Made by a program: the position numbers and the translations under genes. Of a stretch of 64,000 bases of DNA, positions 1 to 9,517 are shown one piece after another (the first letter of the stretch is position 1; the number at the start of each line of letters is the position of its first letter). This stretch comes from Arenicellales bacterium (GTDB lineage: Bacteria; Pseudomonadota; Gammaproteobacteria; Arenicellales; JAJDZL01), in assembly GCA_965200425.1 (NCBI GenBank), contig CBDAUA010000001.1, positions 304,812 to 368,811 of the forward strand, in the 5' to 3' direction. The notes under the pieces are model-generated. The model was not told the origin of the DNA and did no database searches. It worked only from the letters and a program-made list of their open reading frames with translations.

Positions 1-465
1 ATTTATCGATTGCGCTAGTCGAACGAAATTACAGTAGTCTTCAAATGTGCCAGCGCGACGGCCACTGACGATATCGCTCGCGTTTGGAGGGCCTGCAACC
101 GTCGAAAAGGTAAGCCACCGTCCTCCAATTCTTAAGTTGTGGGCGGGATTTCGGGCATGGATCGTAAATTCATTTGGTGCTGTCTTCAAGGACTCCAAAA
201 TTAGTCCTCGATCAAATCGAACACGGTTTCCATCAATCTCGACATCAGCACCCGCTTTGCGGAGTATCTCTTTCGCTTCGGGGAGCAAAAAATTGACTCC
301 AATCTCCTCAAGTACTGTTAATGAAGCTTCATGAATTGTCTGAACTTGTTCTTCGGACAAAAGTTCAACAGGTGGATATGGGTTTTCGACCTGTCGAAAT
401 GGCAGCTGTTCAATGGCTGGCTGAATTGATGAAGTTCGCCGTCGTTGGTGTCTTGAAGGGGCCAT
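1..465 (-). CDS. MttB-family (trimethylamine / glycine-betaine type) methyltransferase, 5' part only; the gene runs off the left edge
   Basis: This gene is absent from the ORF track because it has no stop codon inside the window. Reverse-complement translation from the ATG at 465..463 gives MAPSRHQRRRTSSIQPAIEQLPFRQVENPYPPVELLSEEQVQTIHEASLTVLEEIGVNFLLPEAKEILRKAGADVEIDGNRVRFDRG... This is colinear with the N-terminus of the complete MttB-family ORF at 61335..62885 (NPYPPFNILSDDQVEEVHRASLTVLRDFGIKFL..AGAEVDHDSEMVRFD). The listed + ORF at 47..334 is its antisense shadow. Confidence 0.8.
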   Translation of the reverse strand, partial: MAPSRHQRRRTSSIQPAIEQLPFRQVENPYPPVELLSEEQVQTIHEASLTVLEEIGVNFLLPEAKEILRKAGADVEIDGNRVRFDRGLILESLKTAPNEFTIHARNPAHNLRIGGRWLTFSTVAGPPNASDIVSGRRAGTFEDYCNFVRLAQSIN

Positions 466-829
466 TTTAAATGAGGATATGTTTGCGCTTTCGAAATGCG
501 ATAACTTTTATCAATTGATGCATCAGAGGATCGAATCTGTATCTACAAACCAAACTAATTTTCTATGTTCAAAATTCGCAACCGATGCGACATTCTAAAT
601 TGTCTTTCAAAAAATTTAATTGTACCTTCAATCAACCCTCGAGTGACTCTCAGAAATCATCAAACTCAGCATCGATTACAATCAATCATTCTGAAACAAT
701 GAGTACTCGTGAAGACCAACCATTTTGAATTTTTTCATTCATCACACTAGTTAGGGCAGTGAACTTCCCGCCTAAATTGAAGTGATAGAATATTTAGCCT
801 AAATTTGTTCAACGCATACTTCAGCATCC

Positions 830-2872
830 ATGATTAAATCGAAAGACCCGTTACTCCAACCATTTCAATTGAAGCATCTCGAGCTCAAAAATAGAATTAT
901 GAGTACGAGCCACGAACCTGCATATTCTGAAGATAAGCTACCCAAGTTGCGTTACCAACTTTATCACGAGGAAAAAGCGAAAGGAGGGCTTGCCATTACG
1001 ATGTTTGGTGGCTCCACTTTGGTGGATCGAGACTCGCCACCCGCATTCGGTAATCTTTATGCTGGGTCAGATGAAATTGTCCCGTATTTCAAACAATTAT
1101 CTGCACGAGTGCATCGTCATGGTGCCGCAATAATGTGTCAAATTACTCACTTGGGTCGACGAACTTCACCTTACACCGAAGACTGGCTACCAACGATTGC
1201 TGCATCTTGCGTGCGTGAGCCTGCCCATCGGTCCTTTCCAAAGGAAATGGAACGTGAAGACATGATTCGTGTTGCCAAAGCCTACGGGGCCGCGGCAAGA
1301 CGTTGTGTTGATGGAAATCTAGATGGAATAGAAATTGAGGGATATGGTCACTTACTTGACGGATTTTGGTCGACTCTCACGAATCGTCGCAAAGACAACT
1401 ACGGTGGAACATTAGAAAATCGGCTGCGATTTACTCATGAAGTGATCAATGAAGTCCGTAATCAAGTGGGGAAGGATTTCATTGTTGGCATTCGAATGGT
1501 TATCGATGAAGATTTAGAGGGTGGTATACATTTCGAAGAAGGGATGAAAATCGCGGACATTCTCACAAATACCGGACAGCTAGACTTTATCAACATAATC
1601 AAGGGCCATGTAGATACGGATGAGGGACTGTCGCACGTGATCCCAAATATGGGTTCGCCAGCTGGGCCACATCTTGAATTTTCAGCTGCAGTACGCTCAG
1701 AACTTCGATTACCAGTTTTTCATGCTGCTCGCATCGCGGATGTAGCAACTGCGCGTCATGCAATTGTAAGTGGATGCGTCGATATGGTGGGGATGACTCG
1801 AGCACATATGGCAGACCCCCACATTGTCAATAAAATCGAACAAGGGATTGAAGATCAAATTCGACCATGCGTCGGTGCCGGCTATTGTATTGATAGAATT
1901 TATGAAGGTGGCGAAGCGTTGTGTATCCACAATCCTTCAACCGGACGCGAAGAGACGATTCCTCATAATTCCAAAACAACAAAACAAAAAAAGCGAATTG
2001 TCGTCATAGGCGCAGGACCCGCTGGTCTTGAAGCTGCAAGAGTCTGCGCAGAACGAGAACATGATGTCGTTCTGATGGAAGCTACTGATCAGCCGGGTGG
2101 TCAGGTTCGCATTGCATCGCAAGTTAAACGAAGGCGGGAGCTGATGGGTGTAGTCGATTGGCGCTATGCCCAACTGCAAAGACTAGCGGTTGATATGAGA
2201 TTCAATTGCTTCGCGGATGAAAGCGTCGTGCTTGACGAAGCACCGGATGTCATACTCGTCGCGACCGGAGGAACTCCCAACGTTTCATTTCTTCGCTCTG
2301 GTGAGGAACTGGTTACCACGACTTGGGATGTGTTAACCGGAATGAGCCGAGCTCATAACAACGTACTGATTTATGACGATAACGGCCAACATCAAGGAAT
2401 TTCCTGTGCCGAATACATCATTTCGAAGGGTTCATCTGTCACGCTAGTAACTCCCGATCGCATGGTCGCCCAAGAAGTCGGTGGCACCAACTATCCAGTC
2501 TACTTGAAGATTTTCGAAGAGAACAATGCTGAAATGATTGTTACGCAACGACTGATGTCTGTTCGTAGCGAAAACGGCCAGTTGATTGGTACGTTTTTCA
2601 ATGAATTCAGTCATGCAACGACTGAAATTGCCGCTTCTCAAATCATAGTTGAACATGGCACCCTTCCGAACGACGAAATCTATTTTGATTTGAAACCAAA
2701 TTCAAGCAATCTAGGTCAAGTAGACATTGACTCATTGGTATCTACTAAGCCCCAAAATTTAGTTTTAAACGAAGAAGGTAATTATCAATTGTTTCGTTTG
2801 GGTGACGCAGTGTGTAGCAGAAACATACATGCCGCGGTTTACGAGGCCATTCGACTTTGCCAACATATCTAA
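830..2872 (+). CDS. Old-Yellow-Enzyme-like FMN oxidoreductase fused to an FAD/NAD(P)-binding domain (DgcA / N-methylproline demethylase StcD / 2,4-dienoyl-CoA reductase-like architecture)
   Basis: The ORF is 680 aa. The N-terminal half looks like an OYE TIM barrel (GGLAITMFGGS, MCQITHLGRR). The C-terminal half has a Rossmann motif (RIVVIGAGPAGLEAA). Size and architecture match DgcA/StcD-type demethylases. A role in methylated-amine catabolism is inferred only from the MttB and DAO-family neighbours. Confidence 0.7.
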   Translation: MIKSKDPLLQPFQLKHLELKNRIMSTSHEPAYSEDKLPKLRYQLYHEEKAKGGLAITMFGGSTLVDRDSPPAFGNLYAGSDEIVPYFKQLSARVHRHGAAIMCQITHLGRRTSPYTEDWLPTIAASCVREPAHRSFPKEMEREDMIRVAKAYGAAARRCVDGNLDGIEIEGYGHLLDGFWSTLTNRRKDNYGGTLENRLRFTHEVINEVRNQVGKDFIVGIRMVIDEDLEGGIHFEEGMKIADILTNTGQLDFINIIKGHVDTDEGLSHVIPNMGSPAGPHLEFSAAVRSELRLPVFHAARIADVATARHAIVSGCVDMVGMTRAHMADPHIVNKIEQGIEDQIRPCVGAGYCIDRIYEGGEALCIHNPSTGREETIPHNSKTTKQKKRIVVIGAGPAGLEAARVCAEREHDVVLMEATDQPGGQVRIASQVKRRRELMGVVDWRYAQLQRLAVDMRFNCFADESVVLDEAPDVILVATGGTPNVSFLRSGEELVTTTWDVLTGMSRAHNNVLIYDDNGQHQGISCAEYIISKGSSVTLVTPDRMVAQEVGGTNYPVYLKIFEENNAEMIVTQRLMSVRSENGQLIGTFFNEFSHATTEIAASQIIVEHGTLPNDEIYFDLKPNSSNLGQVDIDSLVSTKPQNLVLNEEGNYQLFRLGDAVCSRNIHAAVYEAIRLCQHI

Positions 2873-4009
2873 ATGACTCGAGAAAGCTTTGATATAGCCA
2901 TCATTGGCGGAGGTATTGCAGGAGCTTCGGTTGCAGCGTTTCTAGCATGCGAGGGTGCCAAGGCAGCACTTTTCGAAATGGAGAGCTCACTCGCCTATCA
3001 CACAACGGGGCGAAGTGCTGCCTTATTGACTCCCAATTATGGTCCCAATTCCATGCGAGCTTTTGCCTCGATTGCTGTTGAATTTTTTCTGAATCCACCG
3101 CTTGATACAGATGACCCGCTCATCACGCCGAAAAGGGTTGTGTCTGTGGTTGCAGAACAAGATTTGTTAGAAATCGAACGCCCTCCCGGTAGTATGTGGT
3201 GGAATGAGGAACAAGTTTTGGAAAAAGTGCCTTTTCTGAGGAAAGGAAAGTATATCGGTGCAGTCGTTGATGAGAGTGTATGTAGTATTGATGTACACGG
3301 ATTACACTCCTTGTACATAAAAATGTTCAGAAAAGAGGGTGGAAAAGTTTTTCGTTCATCGCCCGTTACTAGCTTGGAACGTTCGCTAAGTGGATGGGAA
3401 TTGACAGCCGGTAATAACACATATTCTAACGAAGTTGTCATTAACGCGGCGGGAGCTTGGGGAGACCAGATCGCTAGCTTGGCTCAAATTCCTCCTGTTG
3501 GACTCTTGCCAAAACGTAGAACCGTCGTCGTAGTAAACGATGAACAGTTTAAGAATGTTGACTTCGACTGCTTACCATTTGTAGTGGTTGAACCTGATTT
3601 TTTGTACTTTCAGAACTTTGGGCGTGGTCAACTGATGATGTCACCTGCTGATCAAACGCCGAGCCAAGCCTGTGATGCGCAGCCGGATGAAATTGATATT
3701 GCAGTGACGATCGCACGATTTGAACAATGCACAGATTTGAAGGTCAGGCGCATTGATCACAGTTGGGCCGGCTTGCGTACTTTTTCACCAGATTTGGATC
3801 CCGTGATCGGTTGGGAACCGAATGAAGACGGGTTTTTCTGGTTAACGGGACAGGGTGGTTACGGTGTCTTCACTTCACCCGGCATCGGTCAGTATGCAGC
3901 CGCAATCATAACCAATTCTTCACTCTCGGAATTGTTCAAATTGTCTCCTTACAACTTTGATCTACTCTCTCCGAGAAGATTTAGGTTGAACGATTCGAGC
4001 ACAGGCTAA
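2873..4009 (+). CDS. FAD-dependent oxidoreductase, DAO family (glycine / D-amino-acid / sarcosine oxidase-like)
   Basis: The ATG directly abuts the TAA of the upstream ORF. There is an N-terminal dinucleotide-binding motif (DIAIIGGGIAGASVAAFLA). The 378-aa length is typical of the family. Confidence 0.7.
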   Translation: MTRESFDIAIIGGGIAGASVAAFLACEGAKAALFEMESSLAYHTTGRSAALLTPNYGPNSMRAFASIAVEFFLNPPLDTDDPLITPKRVVSVVAEQDLLEIERPPGSMWWNEEQVLEKVPFLRKGKYIGAVVDESVCSIDVHGLHSLYIKMFRKEGGKVFRSSPVTSLERSLSGWELTAGNNTYSNEVVINAAGAWGDQIASLAQIPPVGLLPKRRTVVVVNDEQFKNVDFDCLPFVVVEPDFLYFQNFGRGQLMMSPADQTPSQACDAQPDEIDIAVTIARFEQCTDLKVRRIDHSWAGLRTFSPDLDPVIGWEPNEDGFFWLTGQGGYGVFTSPGIGQYAAAIITNSSLSELFKLSPYNFDLLSPRRFRLNDSSTG

Positions 4010-4010
4010 A

Positions 4011-4040
4011 CAAAAAATTCACAAGCACAGAAGTGCTTGT
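4011..4040 (-). terminator. Candidate rho-independent terminator for the minus-strand operon ending at 4019
   Basis: A perfect 8-bp inverted repeat, ACAAGCAC (4021..4028) and GTGCTTGT (4033..4040), flanks a 4-nt loop. On the minus strand it is followed by GAATTTTTTG. The hairpin overlaps the last codons of the minus-strand CDS. Confidence 0.5.
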
Positions 4041-5152
4041 TGAAGATCCTGAATAAGATCATCGACGTTCTCGATTCCAACCGAGAGTCGAATTAAATTG
4101 ACTGGAACTTTGCTGTTTGGGCCTTCGACAGTTCTACGGTGCTCGATGAGACTTTCGACACCACCGAGCGATGTCGCACGCACAAAGAGTTTCGTTGAGG
4201 ACACAAACTTCCGCGCAGCTTGTGCACCATCTTTCATTTGAATCGACATCATACCGCCAAATCCATTGGTCATTTGTCGTTTGGCAATTTCATATGAATG
4301 ATGGCTAGGCAAGCCAGGGTACAAAACCCGTTCAATCGCATCTTGAGTCTCAAGAAATTCCGCAATTTGTAAGGCACTGGCGGAAGAACACTCGTAGCGT
4401 AAAGCGAGAGTGCGCATTCCTCTCAAAAGCAACCAAGCTTCAAATGATCCGAGCAATCCACCTGTCAATCTTCGCACTTTAATGATATCTTCCCAGCGTT
4501 CATCCAACTCCTTTGTAACCAAAACCCCAGCATTTAGATCACTGTGTCCATTCAAATACTTCGTTGCGGAATGAAAAACAATATCCGCGCCAAGTTCAAG
4601 GGCACGTGTAGTGATTGGCGGTGCTACGGTACAGTCGACTGCCAATGCAGCACCCACCTTGTGAGCCGATTCGGCGGCTGCCGCTATGTCGATTACATCC
4701 CATGATGGATTGATTGGTGACTCGATCCAAACCAAAGATGTGACTCCCGCTTGCAAAGCTCGAGCCAAATTGTCTGGGTCAGAAGGGTCAAATAGGGTTA
4801 ATCCGATGTTTCTTTTTTTCGAAATTCGCCGCAGCCAATCTACGGTTCCGTGATACATCACTTTCGGTGCCACAATATGCTCACCAGAATTGATGGTTTC
4901 AAACACAGCGGCGATGCCGGCTAACCCGGACGCAAAAAATAAAGCTTGTTTGCCACCCTCCAACTCTGTTATGACTTGCTCAAGCTGGTTATAGCTAGGA
5001 TTATTGAATCGACCATAAACGTACTCTCCAATAAGCTCCAACTGTTGGTCTCTAGCGAAGGTAACAGAAGCATCGATTGGTGGTACGATTCCACCGTTTT
5101 GTGAATTGATATAGTGCCCCGCCTGGGCCAATAAGGTTTTGTAGTCGTTCAT
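4019..5152 (-). CDS. Cys/Met-metabolism PLP-dependent enzyme (cystathionine beta-lyase / gamma-synthase family)
   Basis: The ORF is 377 aa. It has the PLP-lysine region FHSATKYLNGHSD characteristic of the MetB/MetC family and is colinear with the family overall. Confidence 0.75.
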   Translation of the reverse strand: MNDYKTLLAQAGHYINSQNGGIVPPIDASVTFARDQQLELIGEYVYGRFNNPSYNQLEQVITELEGGKQALFFASGLAGIAAVFETINSGEHIVAPKVMYHGTVDWLRRISKKRNIGLTLFDPSDPDNLARALQAGVTSLVWIESPINPSWDVIDIAAAAESAHKVGAALAVDCTVAPPITTRALELGADIVFHSATKYLNGHSDLNAGVLVTKELDERWEDIIKVRRLTGGLLGSFEAWLLLRGMRTLALRYECSSASALQIAEFLETQDAIERVLYPGLPSHHSYEIAKRQMTNGFGGMMSIQMKDGAQAARKFVSSTKLFVRATSLGGVESLIEHRRTVEGPNSKVPVNLIRLSVGIENVDDLIQDLQQALLCL

Positions 5153-5180
5153 CTAAGTTCAGATATTCTTTGTTGTTGCT

Positions 5181-5837
5181 TTATGACTCACTCAATTGTT
5201 TAACGAGCTGAATTAAGTCTGTAGGGCGATGTACTTCAAAGTCTGGACAAGCAGTACGCAACCAATCCATCCGATGCCATCCCCAACTGACTGCAATGGA
5301 AATTACCTGTGCAAGTTTACTTTGCTGAATATCACTGACAGTATCGCCAATCATACATGTTCGAGCCGCACTTCCTTCATATTTGTCAATCAATGAACGG
5401 ATTTTGGAGGATTTTGATCCCTCCGTATCCCCGCCTACAATTTCGCACATGTATTGTAGAACGCTGTGTTTCTCCAAAACTTCGGAGACCACTCGTTCGG
5501 ATGTCGCAGATACGACTGCCATATTTCCGAAGCTTCTCAATTGCTGAATGACTTCCACCATGCCAGGAAATACTGGAATTTCCAAAGCCCTTCGATACAG
5601 CTCTTTTTCGATCCCGAGAATAAAATCCCGGGTTAAACATTCTTCTACGCCGGCAACTTCGGTGATTTCAGGGATGGACATGGTTTTTATGTTTCGCAAA
5701 TCCTCTGGTCCAAAAGTAACGGGTTGATTCAATTGTCTGCCAGCAAAAGTGACTGCTTCAGCAAAAAGATCGATACTGTCGACGATGACCCCATCGTAAT
5801 CAAACAAAATAGTAAAGCTCAAAACGAAAACACCCAC
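5181..5837 (-). CDS. HAD-superfamily hydrolase (phosphoglycolate phosphatase-like)
   Basis: It carries HAD motif I (LFDYDGVIVDS) close to the N-terminus and motif IV (MIGDTVSD). The listed start is a GTG. The true start is probably a few codons downstream (TTG giving MSFTILFDYDG). Confidence 0.7.
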   Translation of the reverse strand: MGVFVLSFTILFDYDGVIVDSIDLFAEAVTFAGRQLNQPVTFGPEDLRNIKTMSIPEITEVAGVEECLTRDFILGIEKELYRRALEIPVFPGMVEVIQQLRSFGNMAVVSATSERVVSEVLEKHSVLQYMCEIVGGDTEGSKSSKIRSLIDKYEGSAARTCMIGDTVSDIQQSKLAQVISIAVSWGWHRMDWLRTACPDFEVHRPTDLIQLVKQLSES

Positions 5838-5887
5838 TCTTTGCGAATGAAGATATAGGTGATGTTCTTCAAACCTAGGTTCCGGGT

Positions 5888-7270
5888 TTAGTGAATTTCA
5901 CGTCGATATACACGTTTACCTAGGCTCCAAGTTTCTCGAACATTGAATGTGTCGCCGAGAATCACAAGAGCAAACAAAGTTTCTTCTACTGATTTAGACG
6001 CTTCGAGTTTACGCTGAATTAGAGGATTATTCCCCGCGTCCAGTACTAGGAAATCTGCTTCTTTGTTTTTTTCAAAACTACCGATATGACGATCTTGATG
6101 TAAGACACGAGCACCACCAAGAGTGACCAAATAAAATAGATCATAGACGCTGATGCTCTCACCTCTCAGTTGTGCGACCTTGAAGAGTTCATGCATCGTT
6201 CGTAGCATGGAAAAACTTGTTCCACCTCCGACGTCCGAGCCGAGAGACAACTTAATTCCGTAGTCTCGCAACCGATTGTGTTGAACCAAACCACTTCCCA
6301 GGAATAAGTTTGAGGTAGGACAAAGTGCAGCCCGGGCGCCAGCGTCGCTCAAGCGCTTACTTTCAGAATCACTTAAATGAATGCAGTGCGCAAAAACAGA
6401 GTGATCCATTACCAAACCATAAGACTCATAGACTTCAAGGTAGTCGGAACAGCTTGGAAACAAATCGAGTGTCCACTCAATCTCTTCCAAAGTTTCCGAT
6501 AAATGAGTATGAAAAAGCATATCTGGGTATTTTCGCACGAGTCCACCACAAGCCTGCATCTGTTGTTCTGTGGAAGTTCCAGCAAATCGAAGCGTCACAG
6601 AATAAGACAAACGACCTGTTCCATGCCACTTCTCGATCAGTGCTTCGGTTTGAACAATCCCTTTTTGTTCTCCATCCAGTAATCCAGACGGTGCATTTCG
6701 ATCCATCAAAACTTTCCCACCGATCATTCGTAACCCGCGACGGTGTGCTTCGTGGAAAAATTGATTGGCTGATTCGATGTGTACCGTTGGATAAACTTGT
6801 GCGCAAGTTGTTCCATTGCGCAGCAGCTCATCAAAAAATTCTGTGGCCACTATAGCTGCATAATGCTCGTCTTCGAAGCGCAATTCTTCAGGAAAAGTAT
6901 GTCGATTAAGCCATTCGATTAAGCCCGAAGCGGGTGACCCAATGATCCTGGTTTGCGAATAATGTACGTGGCAGTCAACGAATCCAGGGCAAATTAAACT
7001 ATCTGAATAATGGTGAACCGGGATACTTGCTTCAATCTGTTGAAGTAATTCAGCAGCAGACCCAAGTTGTTGAATATTTCCGTCTTTGATTAGCAATAAA
7101 CCATCTTCTAAATACTGCCAAGCATTGGTTTCATAAGCTGGATCACCTGTGGTGTGAAAAATTGAACCGCGAACTGCAAATTCACTCATATCAGTGTTTT
7201 TTTGAATTTGTGAGATTTGTACGTAGTTCGAGGGCATTTGTAACCAAATGCCCTCGACAAATTCGATCAA
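5888..7270 (-). CDS. guaD: Guanine deaminase (amidohydrolase superfamily)
   Basis: Metal-binding motifs PGFVDCHVHYSQT and HTHLSETLEE match guanine deaminase, and the gene sits in a purine-catabolism context. The true start is probably the internal Met (MSEFAVRGSIFH, near 7189), which gives a typical length. Confidence 0.8.
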   Translation of the reverse strand: MIEFVEGIWLQMPSNYVQISQIQKNTDMSEFAVRGSIFHTTGDPAYETNAWQYLEDGLLLIKDGNIQQLGSAAELLQQIEASIPVHHYSDSLICPGFVDCHVHYSQTRIIGSPASGLIEWLNRHTFPEELRFEDEHYAAIVATEFFDELLRNGTTCAQVYPTVHIESANQFFHEAHRRGLRMIGGKVLMDRNAPSGLLDGEQKGIVQTEALIEKWHGTGRLSYSVTLRFAGTSTEQQMQACGGLVRKYPDMLFHTHLSETLEEIEWTLDLFPSCSDYLEVYESYGLVMDHSVFAHCIHLSDSESKRLSDAGARAALCPTSNLFLGSGLVQHNRLRDYGIKLSLGSDVGGGTSFSMLRTMHELFKVAQLRGESISVYDLFYLVTLGGARVLHQDRHIGSFEKNKEADFLVLDAGNNPLIQRKLEASKSVEETLFALVILGDTFNVRETWSLGKRVYRREIH

Positions 7271-7279
7271 TTCGATGAA

Positions 7280-8368
7280 CTATTTCGGAACAGAACCGTC
7301 AACGCCCATGATGTAGTAAGCCATGGTAAGTAATTCGCCATCACTCATGACCTCGCCTGCTGCGACAACCTCATTGCCCTCTTGGTCCAGAATTGGTCCT
7401 GTAAATGGGTGAAGTTCGCCTGCAGTGATCGCTGCAGCCGTAGCCTTTGCATCGGCAATGACATCGGCGGGTAAGGATACTTCGTTGTAGTCAGACATTT
7501 CGACCATACCCTCGGTCATACCGTCCCAAACATCGACTGATTCCCAAGTTCCATCCAAAGCTGCTTTTGCGCGAGCGACGTAATAGGGCGCCCAATTGTC
7601 AATAATTGCAGTTAGATGGGCTGTGGGTGCAAACGCATGCATATCGGAGGCTTGCCCAAAAGCGAGAATACCACGTTCTTCGGCAACCTGTAGTGGGGCC
7701 GGAGAATCTGTATGTTGAGTCAAGATATCCGCGCCTTGATCAATCAAAGTTTTCGCAGCGTCGCCCTCTTTGCCGGGATCGAACCAAGTACTCACCCAGA
7801 CTACTTTCACTTTCGCGTCAGGATTTACACTGTGTAAACCTAAAGTGAACGCGTTAATACCTCGAATAACTTCTGGAATTGGAAAAGAAGCGATATACCC
7901 AACAGTATTCGACTTTGTCATCGCGCCAGCGATGCGACCAATTACATATCTGCCTTCGTAAAAACGTGCGGAATAGGTTGAAACATTATCGGCTCGCTTG
8001 TATCCGGTTGCGTGCTCGAAGTGTACATCAGGGAACAACTTAGCGATCTTGACTGTTGGATTCATGTAGCCGAACGAAGTTGTGAATATCAGTTTATTGC
8101 CATCGGCAGCTAGTTGCCTGATAACTCGCTCTGCATCCTGACCTTCAGGAACAAATTCAACATAAGTGGTTTTGACTTTATCGCCCAATTCCTCTTCGAT
8201 TGCTAGTCTTCCTTCGTTGTGTTGGTAAGTCCAACCGTGGTCTCCGACTGGCCCAACATAAACAAAGCCGACCTTTAGTGGTTCTTCTGCAACAGAAGTC
8301 AATGGTGTCATCATTGCAAATACCAAAGAAATGGCAATGATTAGTAGACGTCGCATAATTTTCTCCAT
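7280..8368 (-). CDS. BMP-family ABC transporter substrate-binding protein (nucleoside/purine-type), secreted
   Basis: It has an N-terminal signal peptide (MRRLLIIAISLVFAMMTPLTSVA). The mature protein starts EEPLKVGFVYVGPVGDHGWTYQHNEG, typical of the Bmp/PnrA/Med family. The cognate permeases and ATPase are at 12051..15596. Confidence 0.8.
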   Translation of the reverse strand: MEKIMRRLLIIAISLVFAMMTPLTSVAEEPLKVGFVYVGPVGDHGWTYQHNEGRLAIEEELGDKVKTTYVEFVPEGQDAERVIRQLAADGNKLIFTTSFGYMNPTVKIAKLFPDVHFEHATGYKRADNVSTYSARFYEGRYVIGRIAGAMTKSNTVGYIASFPIPEVIRGINAFTLGLHSVNPDAKVKVVWVSTWFDPGKEGDAAKTLIDQGADILTQHTDSPAPLQVAEERGILAFGQASDMHAFAPTAHLTAIIDNWAPYYVARAKAALDGTWESVDVWDGMTEGMVEMSDYNEVSLPADVIADAKATAAAITAGELHPFTGPILDQEGNEVVAAGEVMSDGELLTMAYYIMGVDGSVPK

Positions 8369-8574
8369 TTGATAGCTAAGTATTTGTTTTTTAATGAAAA
8401 AGTTTCAAGAAATTCAGCAAATCGTTCGTTCTCGTACAAAATTTACTGATTACTAGGTGTGTATCGTGTGCAATCAATATTTGCAAAAATGATTTTATAG
8501 CAGAATCAATACAGTAAAGATTTTTTGTTTCTTAACACTGAAATTTACGTTGACAAAAGCCTTCAAATTTCTGG

Positions 8575-9513
8575 TCATGAACGATCTGAAGTGAAATTTG
8601 GTTGATACTCTAAGGAATCCAAAATCTCATCGATTCGGTCAAGCGATTCACTCGTCGCCAAACCCTTCTCCCGTGAAATTAGAACTGTCGCTTTTGCTAA
8701 CTGCCGATACAGTTCTAATTTTCCTGGAAAATTATCCTTGATCGAGTCTAAATGCCCTTCAATCACGTTGGCATCCCCACGCGAAATCGGCCCTGTTAAA
8801 GATTTAGTCGTTCCTTCTTCAAACAAACTATCAACTATAGATCTAATGCTTGGTTGAAGAATCGTTAGCAAAGAATTGTGATCCATTCCGACTCGAGTAA
8901 AAAGTTCCAAACCCGTATGAATTACAGTCGTAACGTAATTTGAAACAAACACGGCAGCGGCATGGTACTCTGATTTCGAAACATCACCCAAGTCAAAGGG
9001 GTTTGACCCGATTTTCTCAAATGCTCGATGCAAAAAGATTCGAGCGTCTGGGTGTCCCTCCATCGAACAGTACGAACCCGGTACTGCCCGAATGGCAAGT
9101 TTAGGATCTGAAAAAGTTACCATCGGATGTGTACTAGCTATCAGCGCACCTTGCCGTGCTACTGAATTCAATACGAGGTACGACAACGACCCACTTGCAT
9201 GAAACACAATTTTGGACTTGAAATTTCCAACGCATGCTAGATTATCCGCAATTGATTCGATACTCGCATCGGCGGCGGAAATAAATGTGACATCGACTTC
9301 TCGCAAATCATGCATATTGCCAACAGGACGACCTGCCCCGATAAATTCCACGGCTTGTTCTGAACTCGCAAGGGAACGATTCAAAACATCAACCACGCGG
9401 AAGACTTCGTGTTCATGGAACAATCGCGTGATCGCCTTGCCAAGACGACCGCAACCGATTACGGATAAGGTAGGTATCGAATTTTTACCGAACTCCATAT
9501 TGAATATTATCAA
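8575..9513 (-). CDS. Rossmann-fold NAD(P)-binding protein, ProC/prephenate-dehydrogenase-like with a DUF2520-like C-terminal half
   Basis: It has an N-terminal GxGxxG motif (LSVIGCGRLGKAITRLF) and is 312 aa. The family assignment is by recall only. Confidence 0.45.
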   Translation of the reverse strand: MIIFNMEFGKNSIPTLSVIGCGRLGKAITRLFHEHEVFRVVDVLNRSLASSEQAVEFIGAGRPVGNMHDLREVDVTFISAADASIESIADNLACVGNFKSKIVFHASGSLSYLVLNSVARQGALIASTHPMVTFSDPKLAIRAVPGSYCSMEGHPDARIFLHRAFEKIGSNPFDLGDVSKSEYHAAAVFVSNYVTTVIHTGLELFTRVGMDHNSLLTILQPSIRSIVDSLFEEGTTKSLTGPISRGDANVIEGHLDSIKDNFPGKLELYRQLAKATVLISREKGLATSESLDRIDEILDSLEYQPNFTSDRS

Positions 9514-9517
9514 TCAC

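Noticed and set aside
47-334. A listed 95-aa + strand ORF
   Set aside because: It is the antisense shadow of the partial minus-strand MttB-family gene (1..465), whose translation has clear family similarity.
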